Source of the DNA: an uncultured Candidatus Peribacteria bacterium
GTDB lineage: Bacteria > Patescibacteriota > Gracilibacteria > UBA1369 > 2-02-FULL-48-14
Reading direction: 5' to 3'
Length of the DNA stretch: 41,214 bases
NCBI GenBank assembly: GCA_964356195.1
Contig: CAYHGP010000006.1
Coordinates: 1 to 41,214 of the forward strand
This document shows positions 1-7,561 of the stretch, in pieces (position 1 is the first letter of the stretch; each line of letters starts with the position of its first letter). The notes beneath the pieces are model-generated. The model did not search any database. It saw nothing but the letters and a program-made list of their open reading frames with translations, and was not told where the DNA came from. Made by a program: the position numbers and the translations under genes.

Positions 1-248
1 GAGCCGTCCAGACCTTCTTCTTCCACGGTGCGCACGAAGCTCACGTTGGTGCTGATGAGTCCGGCGTCATCCAAATCGTTGGCGATGGTCTTGGCGCTGG
101 AGCCTTTTTCAACCTCGAAAACTATTTTTTCGTCGCTGCTGCTGTCCACGGCTTCATTTAAATCGTAGCGCCAGAACGGACGCCAAAAATCCCAGACGAA
201 AACAATCGCCAATATAAGAAGGACAAGCTGGAAGATGCGTTTCTCCAT
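1..248 (-). CDS. mltG: Endolytic murein transglycosylase MltG/YceG-like, N-terminal part (gene runs off the window start)
   Basis: Reverse translation from the ATG at 248 gives MEKRIFQLVLLILAIVFVWDF (an N-terminal TM anchor). It continues ...KIVFEVEKGSSAKTIANDLDDAGLISTNVSFVRTV, the usual start of the YceG domain (G-s-s...Ia..L.e.GvI). There is no stop before position 1. Confidence 0.6.
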   Translation of the reverse strand, partial: MEKRIFQLVLLILAIVFVWDFWRPFWRYDLNEAVDSSSDEKIVFEVEKGSSAKTIANDLDDAGLISTNVSFVRTVEEEGLDG

Positions 249-581
249 TTAAGCTTGGGGTTGGTCAGCACCACCGGCAAGTCCGGGGATGTCCATTCCT
301 AAATCGCTCATCATACCGCGCATTCTCTCGGCGGCAACTTCTTGAGACTTCTTAATGGCCTTATTAAAGACGGAAATGAGCACATTTTGCAGTTTAGCCT
401 GATTCTCAGGTTTCAGCATTTCTTCTGAAATGCGTACTTCCACCACTTCCTGCTCGCCGTTGATGACCACCACCACACCTTCGCCTTCAGCCTCAATGTG
501 AAGGTTTTTCAGCTCTTCCTTGATCTTTTTAGCCTGTTTCTGAAGTTTGTACATATCTTTCGCTTGTCCGAAGAGTCCCAT
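249..581 (-). CDS. ybaB: Nucleoid-associated protein YbaB/EbfC
   Basis: 110 aa. MGLFGQAKDMYKLQKQAKKIKEEL...VVVVINGEQEVVEVRISEEML...LQNVLISVFNKAIKKSQE matches the typical YbaB length and pattern. Its stop abuts the mltG start. Confidence 0.85.
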   Translation of the reverse strand: MGLFGQAKDMYKLQKQAKKIKEELKNLHIEAEGEGVVVVINGEQEVVEVRISEEMLKPENQAKLQNVLISVFNKAIKKSQEVAAERMRGMMSDLGMDIPGLAGGADQPQA

Positions 582-634
582 AAATGTGTTTTTTAATAGT
601 AAGCGGCTGGATTATATCGTGTTTTTGATTTTTC

Positions 635-1297
635 TCAAAGATTTTGGAGGGAGGCTTGCGCCGCTTTTCGTTCCGCACACTCCAAACAGATTTGGATAGT
701 GACTTTTGATGAGGTGAGCAGGGCATCAAGGGCGTTTTCACAGGTGACGGGTTCTTTGCGCTCTTTTTCGAGTTCATGTTTGTACATACGGAATTTCCTC
801 TCAAGTTCGGGGCGGAGGTGAAAGGTGATGACGGACGTTTTTTCAGGTTGGGTTCTGCGCCCGGGCGCTAAGTCTAACCTGTAATTTTGTTCAAATTTTC
901 CGGCGATCCTTAGTTCGTGAACGAAAGTCTCAAGTGCTAACTTTGGCATTGTTTCTACTCGCTCTGCCCAATACTTATCTGTTTCAGGGGTTGCAATGTA
1001 CGCCACTCGTTCCAATTTGCTCCACCCTTGTTCACCCGAGGTGAGCTGTTCTTTTAGGATTGGCTTATCTTCAAGTTTGATGGCCAGCCTTAGGACCTTG
1101 TCCACCGCCTCCTTGCTCATCCCCGCCATTTTCCCGGCGAACTCATGAATGCTGGTGTAGCCCCTCTTCTTATATAGGCGGCGGCGGAGGACTTCGGGGA
1201 GGAGGCCAGCGAAACGGCGGCGCCATACTCGAGCGGCAAGGCCGTACTTTTTGCAGAGTTGGTAAAGCTGGCTGTCGGACATTTTTTCGAGGTTCAT
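635..1297 (-). CDS. Hypothetical protein resembling the N-terminal helical domain of DUF222-type HNH endonucleases; no HNH motif seen
   Basis: 220 aa. The segment LPEVLRRRLYKKRGYTSIHEFAGKMAGMSKEAVDKVLRLAIKLEDKPILKEQLTSGE resembles the RRRLY..GY.S..E...-type N-terminal domain found in many HNH endonuclease annotations. The C-terminal third has no H-N-H catalytic pattern, only CLEC. Confidence 0.45.
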   Translation of the reverse strand: MNLEKMSDSQLYQLCKKYGLAARVWRRRFAGLLPEVLRRRLYKKRGYTSIHEFAGKMAGMSKEAVDKVLRLAIKLEDKPILKEQLTSGEQGWSKLERVAYIATPETDKYWAERVETMPKLALETFVHELRIAGKFEQNYRLDLAPGRRTQPEKTSVITFHLRPELERKFRMYKHELEKERKEPVTCENALDALLTSSKVTIQICLECAERKAAQASLQNL

Positions 1298-1361
1298 ATT
1301 ATAAGGTTAATGAAGCCTCACAATAGCACAAAAGGTGAGTATACGCTCACCAATTAACTGG

Positions 1362-1383
1362 ACAAGAATGCCGTCTTGTTTTT
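1362..1383 (+). terminator. Weak terminator-like hairpin (ACAAGA-ATGCCG-TCTTGT followed by a T run), preceded by a GGTGAG-TATACG-CTCACC hairpin at 1334-1351
   Basis: Read directly: 6-bp stems and a U tract on the plus strand only. No plus-strand gene lies upstream, so its function is unclear. Confidence 0.2.
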
Positions 1384-1504
1384 AAGTTTTTATTTACCAT
1401 ACATAGGGGTGTAACGGTTTAACATAACTTGCCTAAATGTAGAAAAACCGTACAGTTAAGGCTGTCTTTGCTTTAAATTTGTATTTATGCAATTTGTACG
1501 AGCT

Positions 1505-1742
1505 GGTCAGTCTGATCGTGACCACCTAAGATCTGGAGGAGTAGACGCAAGGCCCAGGAAAACTATAGAGGCTCCGGATCTAGGGGAATTGCCTGTGCTC
1601 TCTAGGTTTATTCATGGAGAACCTGAAAGAATGCAGCCACGTTCTGCCGTGGGGTATACTCCACCTGGTGTAATTCCTGGTGAGTCAGATCTCCTTAGAG
1701 ATCGTGTACATACCCTTCTATCAGAAGGGTCACTTGCTGATC
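1505..1742. ncRNA. Candidate structured RNA of unknown class (or a long structured leader of rplY)
   Basis: It lies in a 507-nt gap with no convincing CDS.
- A 13-bp hairpin pairs 1525-1538 with 1572-1584 (one bulge, one G-U).
- Further hairpins: 1649-1664 (GUGGGG-UAUA-CUCCAC), 1688-1703 (GAUCUC-CUUA-GAGAUC) and 1712-1730 (CCCUUCU-AUC-AGAAGGG).
- A possible closing helix pairs 1505-1510 with 1737-1742 and 1518-1523 with 1728-1733.
- A possible pseudoknot pairs 1554-1560 (CCAGGAA, in the loop of the 13-bp hairpin) with 1674-1680 (UUCCUGG).
Strand is unresolved. Confidence 0.3.
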
Positions 1743-1804
1743 CAAAGTAATTCCTCTTGCCTTATCCGCAGGAGATCGCTAAAATCCCTCCGCTAACTCA
1801 TTTT

Positions 1805-2464
1805 ATGGAACAAACCGTTTTCCCTGCACAACTCCGAGACAAATCTGTTAAGACTAAGAATCTTCGCAAGATGAATTTGATTCCGGCCGAATACTATGGC
1901 CGTGGAATTCAGAATATCAGCTTACAACTTGACTACCAGTCTTTCCGAAAAATGTACCGAAAGGCCGGTTTTAATACCGTGATCACTCTCGAAATTGAAG
2001 GAGGAGGAACTAAAAAAGTGTTGATTCATGAAGTAGATCGCCACCCGGTGACGGACTTGTTCAGCCATGTGGAGCTTATTAACGTACGTATGGATGAAGA
2101 GGTAACCACTACGATTCCTGTTCGTTTGGAAGGTTCAGCTCCTGCTGTTCGTGATTTTGGTGGAGTGCTTATTCAAAGCATGGATGAAATTGAAATCACT
2201 TGTTTACCAGGTGACTTGATTCACGAAATCGTTCTTAGTGTTGAAGGTCTTACTGAACTCAATTCCGGTTTGCACGTTTCTGACATCAAACTTTCTGATA
2301 AAATCAAAATCCTCAGTGACCCTGAAGCTTCTGTTGCCATGGTCTCTGCTCCTCAAGAAGAGGAAGTGGCCGCTGTTGAAGCTCCTGCGGTGGGTGAAGT
2401 TGAAATCACTACAGCTAAAGAAGGAGAAGCAGGCGCTGCTCCAGAGGAAAAGAAGGAAGAGTAA
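1805..2464 (+). CDS. rplY: 50S ribosomal protein L25 / general stress protein Ctc (long form with an acidic tail)
   Basis: LRKMNLIPAEYYGRG...NTVITLEIEGGGTKKVLIHEVDRHPVTDLFSHVELINV...IPVRLEGSAPAVRDFGGVLIQSMDEIEITCLPGDLIHEI is a clear L25/Ctc two-domain pattern. I prefer the ATG at 1805 over the TTG at 1757 used in the ORF track. Confidence 0.85.
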   Translation: MEQTVFPAQLRDKSVKTKNLRKMNLIPAEYYGRGIQNISLQLDYQSFRKMYRKAGFNTVITLEIEGGGTKKVLIHEVDRHPVTDLFSHVELINVRMDEEVTTTIPVRLEGSAPAVRDFGGVLIQSMDEIEITCLPGDLIHEIVLSVEGLTELNSGLHVSDIKLSDKIKILSDPEASVAMVSAPQEEEVAAVEAPAVGEVEITTAKEGEAGAAPEEKKEE

Positions 2465-2483
2465 TTGTTTAAAACTTAAAAAA

Positions 2484-2509
2484 GGCGGGCCCGTCGGCCG
2501 CCTTTTTTT
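2484..2509. terminator. Bidirectional rho-independent terminator between convergent rplY and the 2522-2761 gene
   Basis: A GC-rich stem, GGCGGGCC-CGTC-GGCCGCC, is flanked by an A run upstream and T7 downstream. Confidence 0.7.
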
Positions 2510-2521
2510 GTATTATAGTTT

Positions 2522-2761
2522 TTACTGGATCAGATCGTTTAGGAGTCTACGTAATGTCTGTGCCTCTGAAGTGCGCGCGGTTTCGGTGTCCTCCAATTTA
2601 ATGTTGAAGCTAGCACCGAGTGTAAGGCTGGGAGGCAGCATAATCTTGGGAAAGGGTACCCGTTCAACGTCGGTGCCTTTGCGAACTTCCAGTAGCGCCA
2701 TTTCTCCTTCATCGGAAAGGTAGGTGGCGTTGTATTGATATTGAAAAGGATTCCAGTGCAT
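2522..2761 (-). CDS. Small DUF3006-like protein
   Basis: 79 aa. The pattern ...GEMALLEVRKGTDVERVPFPKIMLPPSLTLGASFNIKLEDTETARTSEAQTLRRLLNDL fits the DUF3006 layout: a small beta domain, a P-x-L-P motif, then a short helical tail. Assignment is by recollection only. Confidence 0.4.
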   Translation of the reverse strand: MHWNPFQYQYNATYLSDEGEMALLEVRKGTDVERVPFPKIMLPPSLTLGASFNIKLEDTETARTSEAQTLRRLLNDLIQ

Positions 2762-2802
2762 GGCGTGTAAGTTAAGTGTTTAGCTTAGCAAAAGGTACGT
2801 AT

Positions 2803-2837
2803 AAAAAAAGTGCCAATGGGTCTTTCCCAATTGACAC
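2803..2837 (-). terminator. Rho-independent terminator downstream of hppA
   Basis: The minus strand reads GUGUCAAUUGGG-AAAGA-CCCAUUGGCAC followed by U7. One position pairs as U-G on the minus strand but would be a C-A mismatch on the plus strand. Confidence 0.6.
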
Positions 2838-2874
2838 TTTTTCTAAAGCTTTCTGAGCTTGGTTTTTTAAGCTA

Positions 2875-4932
2875 TTACAGCACGGAATGAAGCACAATCA
2901 CGGGCGCAATAATCAAGGCGATGGTGTTGATCACTTTGATCAGCGCGTTCAAGGCAGGTCCGGCGGTGTCCTTGTAAGGATCACCAACAGTGTCTCCCAC
3001 CACGGCGGCTTTGTGAGTGTCGGAGCCTTTGCCTCCTCCGTTTCCATCTTCCACATATTTCTTGGCGTTGTCCCAAGCACCACCGGCGTTGCTCATGTTA
3101 ATGGCCATGAGGAGTCCGGTTACAATCACTCCACCGAGCAAGCCTCCAAGAGCCAGAGGGCCGAGAATGAATCCGACGGCGAGCGGAGCCACGATGGCGA
3201 TGATGCCGGGAAGGATCATTTCTTTGAGAGCGGACTTGGTCACAATGTCTACGCAAGTTCCGTATTCGGGGCGAGCTTTGCCTTCCATGATTCCCGGAAT
3301 TTCACGGAACTGGCGGCGTACTTCTTCCACCACGCTGAAGGCGGCTTTTCCCACGGCTTGCATGAGGAATCCTGAGAATAAGAATGGAAGGGCTCCTCCA
3401 ATGAAGAGACCGATCATTACACGGTAGTCGGCGAGGTCGAAGACGAATTCTTCACCGCTGCTGGCAAGGAGAGATTCGCCGTAAGCCTGGAAAAGAACCA
3501 AGGCTGCGAGGGCCGCTGATGCAATGGCGTAACCTTTAGTCACGGCTTTAGTGGTGTTTCCTACGGCATCGAGGGCGTCGGTGTGGACGCGAACTTCTTT
3601 AGGGAGATCGGCCATTTCTGCAATTCCTCCGGCGTTGTCCGTAATAGGGCCATAAGAGTCCATGGCAATCACCATTCCGGTGGTGGAAAGCATGGCAACC
3701 GCGGCAACGGCGATTCCATAAATTCCGCTTTCAAGAGTGGAATGATCTCCAAGCCAGTAGGCGGAGAAGATGGAGATTACAATTAAAATCACCATAGGGA
3801 AGGTGGAGAACATACCCACGGCAAGACCTGCAATGAGGTTGGTTCCTGCTCCGGTTTCAGAAGCTTTAGCGATGCGCTTCACGGGGTCGTAATCTTTTGA
3901 AGTGTAGTATTCGGTCGCGATGTTGATGAAAAGAGTGAGGATGAGTCCCACAACAGCGGCAAAGAAAATCTTTACGTCGTTGAGCATGTTCATGGTCACG
4001 AAGTAGAAACCAATGGCTGAAATAACTCCGGTGACAAAAGTTCCACGGTAGAGCGCGCCCATGATATTTTTTTTATCTTCACCCAAGCGAACAAAATAGA
4101 TTCCAAAAATGGTGGCGAGCACGGCAATAGCACCCAGAGCCAAGGGGTACTCCACTCCCACTGCTCCTATTTTTGTCGTTAGCGTAGAGCCGGCCAAAAT
4201 CATGGCGGCAATTAAAGTCACGGCATAGGTTTCGAAGAGATCCGCACCCATTCCGGCGCAGTCTCCTACGTTGTCGCCTACGTTGTCGGCAATGGTGGCC
4301 GGGTTTCTTGGATCGTCTTCAGGGATTCCTTTTTCAATCTTTCCCACCATGTCACCACCCACGTCGGCGGCCTTGGTGAAAATTCCTCCTCCCACACGAG
4401 CGAAGAGAGAAATGAGGGAAGCGCCAAATGCGAATCCAATCAAGAGGCCCGGAGCTTTATCGACAGCGATTCCAAAGTAGTTCGTGAACATCCAGTAGAA
4501 TCCGGACACTCCGAGCAGAGCAAGGCTCACCACGGAAAGACCGGTGACGGCTCCTCCACGGAAAGCGATCATGAATGCGGGAGCCAAGCCTTCTTTGGCA
4601 GCGGCGGCGGTGCGAACATTGGCGCGGACGGAAACGCCCATTCCAATGTAACCGGCGAGAGCCGAGAAAACAGCGCCCACCAAGAATCCCATGGCGATGA
4701 GGAATCCGTTTTCAGGAAGTCCGAGACCGAGTAGCAAGAACACCAAAATCGTGAAAACAGCCAAAGTTTTGTACTGACGGTTGAGGTAGGCCATGGCCCC
4801 TTCCTGAATGGATTTTGCGATTTCCTGCATTTTGACGTTTCCGTCACTCTTCGAGAGAACACTCACAATAAGGCCAATAGCCCAGGCTAGAGCCAGAATG
4901 CTCGCAGCTGAGGCCAGAACAGGTATACTCAT
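2875..4932 (-). CDS. hppA: Membrane-bound proton-translocating pyrophosphatase, K+-independent type
   Basis: 685 aa and polytopic. Signature motifs present: [50 protein letters not shown] and [16 protein letters not shown]. Confidence 0.95.
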   Translation of the reverse strand: MSIPVLASAASILALAWAIGLIVSVLSKSDGNVKMQEIAKSIQEGAMAYLNRQYKTLAVFTILVFLLLGLGLPENGFLIAMGFLVGAVFSALAGYIGMGVSVRANVRTAAAAKEGLAPAFMIAFRGGAVTGLSVVSLALLGVSGFYWMFTNYFGIAVDKAPGLLIGFAFGASLISLFARVGGGIFTKAADVGGDMVGKIEKGIPEDDPRNPATIADNVGDNVGDCAGMGADLFETYAVTLIAAMILAGSTLTTKIGAVGVEYPLALGAIAVLATIFGIYFVRLGEDKKNIMGALYRGTFVTGVISAIGFYFVTMNMLNDVKIFFAAVVGLILTLFINIATEYYTSKDYDPVKRIAKASETGAGTNLIAGLAVGMFSTFPMVILIVISIFSAYWLGDHSTLESGIYGIAVAAVAMLSTTGMVIAMDSYGPITDNAGGIAEMADLPKEVRVHTDALDAVGNTTKAVTKGYAIASAALAALVLFQAYGESLLASSGEEFVFDLADYRVMIGLFIGGALPFLFSGFLMQAVGKAAFSVVEEVRRQFREIPGIMEGKARPEYGTCVDIVTKSALKEMILPGIIAIVAPLAVGFILGPLALGGLLGGVIVTGLLMAINMSNAGGAWDNAKKYVEDGNGGGKGSDTHKAAVVGDTVGDPYKDTAGPALNALIKVINTIALIIAPVIVLHSVL

Positions 4933-4976
4933 AAAACTTGTGTTAAGGATTGATAAGGTAGGCGAATTCTAAGGGC

Positions 4977-5759
4977 TTAGCTTAAGCTTTTCAAGGTCTT
5001 CACCATTTTTGCCATTTCCGTTTTGTTCTCATCACGGTAGATGAGGTACTGGTAATTCATGAAAACCATTAAGAAGGTCATCATGAAAACCATTCCTACA
5101 GTGAAAAGGACTCCTGCTACAATTCCTCCAAGGACTCCTCCAAAGCTCTCTAACCCGGAGGCCATTAAGGGTACGGCAACGGCAAAAACCAAAGCTATAT
5201 AGAGGTATAGCGCAAGCATACTTACCGTTTGTATGGCCAAAAAATTCCCTAAGGTTCTTAAGATTCCTGCATTTTCAACCAACTTTGAACTCAAGCGATT
5301 GGCATCCCCTCCGGCAATTCCTTCCAACTGGCTGATTTTTACGGACTGAGAATACATCAATGCCTTGTAGAGTCCCGGGAAAAGAAGAAGCATGGACCAT
5401 AGTGCAATTTTGATGGCGGTAAGGATTTGTGTCCCCAGTTGCGCCCAGAAGCGAGAGAGCCCGTAACGAAGACCTTCTTCAATATCAATTATGGTCTTGC
5501 CGGCGTAGAGGTCACTGCACCATTTGGTGACCGCTGTATAGAAACAGCTTACGAATACCAGGTAGGCAATATATACAATGAGGAGAACCAGGCCGACCGG
5601 TCCTTCGGAGCCATAGGCATATGTGAAGTTCACCGCTAAAGCGACTATGGCGAAAAAAACAATGCTTACCACGGCGGGTAAAAGCATAAATTCTTTCCAT
5701 CGTTCGAGGGTGGTGTTCCAGGCGGTTTTCGCAATAAAGTCGGTAGAATTTTGTTGCAT
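4977..5759 (-). CDS. Polytopic membrane protein, function unknown
   Basis: 260 aa with about six hydrophobic segments. It sits in tandem downstream of nothing I recognise. No catalytic motif seen. Confidence 0.55.
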   Translation of the reverse strand: MQQNSTDFIAKTAWNTTLERWKEFMLLPAVVSIVFFAIVALAVNFTYAYGSEGPVGLVLLIVYIAYLVFVSCFYTAVTKWCSDLYAGKTIIDIEEGLRYGLSRFWAQLGTQILTAIKIALWSMLLLFPGLYKALMYSQSVKISQLEGIAGGDANRLSSKLVENAGILRTLGNFLAIQTVSMLALYLYIALVFAVAVPLMASGLESFGGVLGGIVAGVLFTVGMVFMMTFLMVFMNYQYLIYRDENKTEMAKMVKTLKSLS

Positions 5760-5844
5760 TGTGGGAGGTTAGGTAATTCGCCTTTTATCTTACTTGAAGC
5801 TTGATATACTAGGAAAGACATTTCTTACTCCACAACCTTATAAT

Positions 5845-6390
5845 ATGGATCTCCAAAAATCTGCCCAAGAAGCTTTCGAAATTGCGAAACTGAAAGAACC
5901 TGTTATGAATGCCGTCGCGAAAGACGCCGGTGCCCTTCAGCCCGCCTTGATTATTGTGGTTGCTGCAGCGGTGCTTGGAGCTTTGGGCTCTTATCTTTTC
6001 CCGGTTTCTTACGGGATGGTCACTTACCGTTTGGATACCGCCGGTCTTATTGCACAAATTCTCATCGCCTCCGTTGTTGGGATTGGAGGGCTTTACTTGG
6101 GTGGATTCTTAGCTGAAAAGGTTTTTAACTCCAAGCTGAATATGGCGGGGTACCTTCGAGTGATGGGTTACGCTTCGATTGTGAATGCTCTTGGTATTTA
6201 CCCACCGCTCAGTGCCATTTCCGGCATTTGGTCGTTGGTTATTCTCTGTTTCGTCCTTAATAAATTGGGAAAACTCAACGCGGGCTCCATTGTTTTGTTT
6301 GTTCTACTTTACTTCGTGGTGATGGGCGTTGTGGCTGCCCTTTTGGGTGGAGGCTATGCGATGGGAATGATGAGTGGCTACGACTGGTAG
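5845..6390 (+). CDS. Yip1-like integral membrane protein
   Basis: A short soluble N-terminus is followed by five hydrophobic segments (ALIIVVAAAVLGALGSYLF...), which is a Yip1-domain-like topology. I prefer the ATG at 5845 to the TTG at 5794. Confidence 0.45.
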   Translation: MDLQKSAQEAFEIAKLKEPVMNAVAKDAGALQPALIIVVAAAVLGALGSYLFPVSYGMVTYRLDTAGLIAQILIASVVGIGGLYLGGFLAEKVFNSKLNMAGYLRVMGYASIVNALGIYPPLSAISGIWSLVILCFVLNKLGKLNAGSIVLFVLLYFVVMGVVAALLGGGYAMGMMSGYDW

Positions 6391-6427
6391 ATCGCTCCAA
6401 GCCAATCTGTTCAAGAGCGCTTCCTTG

Positions 6428-6436
6428 TGCTATAAT
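6428..6436 (+). promoter_or_regulatory. Extended -10 promoter element (TGcTATAAT) upstream of the 6459 gene
   Basis: TG-c-TATAAT was read directly, 22 nt upstream of the ATG. The -35 is poor. Confidence 0.4.
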
Positions 6437-6458
6437 ATAAGGACGTTTTTGAATTTTT

Positions 6459-7553
6459 ATGGCTGATCCCAATAGCGACTTCCTGAATCCCAACATCGAA
6501 ACTCCTCGCGAACCTGAAAAAAAGCTTGAAGAAGATGCGGAGCTTGATGAAACCATGGATGAACCGCACAGTGCTTTGGACCAGCTCAAAGAACCGGGTG
6601 GTTTGCTTGTGGAAGATATGCCTGAAAGCAATGAACTTCAGGAACGTCGTCGCAAAACAAAAAATCGTCTGAGAGAAATGACCGAATCTGAGGAACCTGC
6701 GGCTTCCGATGATGTGTTTGATGATCAAGAAGAAGGAGGACTTATGGACTTGCTGCGTGAAGCGAATCTTTCTACGCGCCATCTTAAGTTTTGTTGCAGT
6801 GGAGTGGTCTTGGTCGCACTTTTGGTAGGACTCTACTTTGGAGGGAAAAGTTTGTGGACTTATTGGCAAAATCGAAGCCCGGATGAAGTAGTCGAAGAGG
6901 ATGTGGAAACGCCTCCCGACGAAACTCAGAATTATGATTTCTTGGATCCCTCTCTTTTGAGTGGAATTCTTGTGGGAGAGGAGACTCCTGAAGAAGATGC
7001 GGCAACGGATGCCGGTGAAACTTTGGGAACGAATGAAACTGCCTCCGATACGCTCACGCAAGGAATTGTGGATTTTGCGAAACTGTATGAATCCATGAGC
7101 GTGGACATCAATCAGCTCTTGGCCTCCAGCTCCGACCGACGCGGCACTCTTGAGGATTATGTGAATGAACTTAAGTTCCTGGTCTATACCGCCGGACAAA
7201 ACATTGAAACTTTGAACACGGAAAGTGAGAATTTGGTGGATCAATACACCGTTCTTGAAACTGAAAAGGACGAGGAAGAACAACGTTATTTCGATAAACT
7301 TCGCGACCTGGATGCGTATGGGGCCGTCGCCGCTTTGCAAAGCTTTGTGGAAAAGGGGCAGTCCATTGTTGAATTGCGTGCCGAATACAATGCCCGTCAA
7401 AAAATCATTTCTTATTACGAGCAAATTTTAGACAGTGTGGATGCGCGTCTAAAAGACATCGAGCTCAACGAAGAAGCTTTGGTAAAGGGCATTCAGGTGG
7501 TTCAAATTGAAGACTCTGATCTGAATTTGATTATAGACGAAAGCGAACTGTAG
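6459..7553 (+). CDS. Hypothetical membrane-anchored protein: acidic N-terminus, one TM, coiled-coil C-terminal region
   Basis: 364 aa. The N-terminus is acidic (EKKLEEDAELDETMDE), followed by a TM segment (CCSGVVLVALLVGLYFGG) and a long E/L/N-rich helical region. The opposite-strand ORF 6411-7424 is rejected. Confidence 0.6.
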   Translation: MADPNSDFLNPNIETPREPEKKLEEDAELDETMDEPHSALDQLKEPGGLLVEDMPESNELQERRRKTKNRLREMTESEEPAASDDVFDDQEEGGLMDLLREANLSTRHLKFCCSGVVLVALLVGLYFGGKSLWTYWQNRSPDEVVEEDVETPPDETQNYDFLDPSLLSGILVGEETPEEDAATDAGETLGTNETASDTLTQGIVDFAKLYESMSVDINQLLASSSDRRGTLEDYVNELKFLVYTAGQNIETLNTESENLVDQYTVLETEKDEEEQRYFDKLRDLDAYGAVAALQSFVEKGQSIVELRAEYNARQKIISYYEQILDSVDARLKDIELNEEALVKGIQVVQIEDSDLNLIIDESEL

Positions 7554-7561
7554 CTTGTACA

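Noticed and set aside
1487-1750. 87-aa plus-strand ORF as a protein-coding gene
   Set aside because: It has 10 Arg against 2 Lys, unlike real genes here, and no recognisable motif or RBS. The sequence is densely self-complementary, so I treat it as candidate RNA. A homology or Ribo-seq check could overturn this.
1298-1804. Known RNA classes in the large gap (tRNA, tmRNA, RNase P RNA, SRP RNA, cobalamin and c-di-GMP riboswitches)
   Set aside because: I looked for hallmark strings and found only partial look-alikes, in the wrong order or spacing:
- T-loop GGUUCGAAUCC: none.
- tmRNA ends: none.
- RNase P GAGGAAAGUCCGGGC / ACAGAACCCGGCUUA: none.
- SRP GGAAGCAGCC with a closing tetraloop stem: only GCAGCCA.
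- c-di-GMP GACGCAAAGCC: only GACGCAAGGCC.
- Cobalamin GGGAA..GGUG.AA.UCC: only GGUGUAAUUCC.
A covariance-model scan is still required.
2238-2723. 161-aa plus-strand ORF running from inside rplY through the terminator
   Set aside because: It is out of frame with a clear L25 gene, crosses a strong bidirectional terminator and overlaps the convergent gene.
6411-7424. 337-aa ORF on the minus strand
   Set aside because: It lies entirely antisense to the better-supported 6459-7553 gene. Its composition is F/I/R/S/K-rich and low-complexity, with no motifs. This is a typical shadow ORF.
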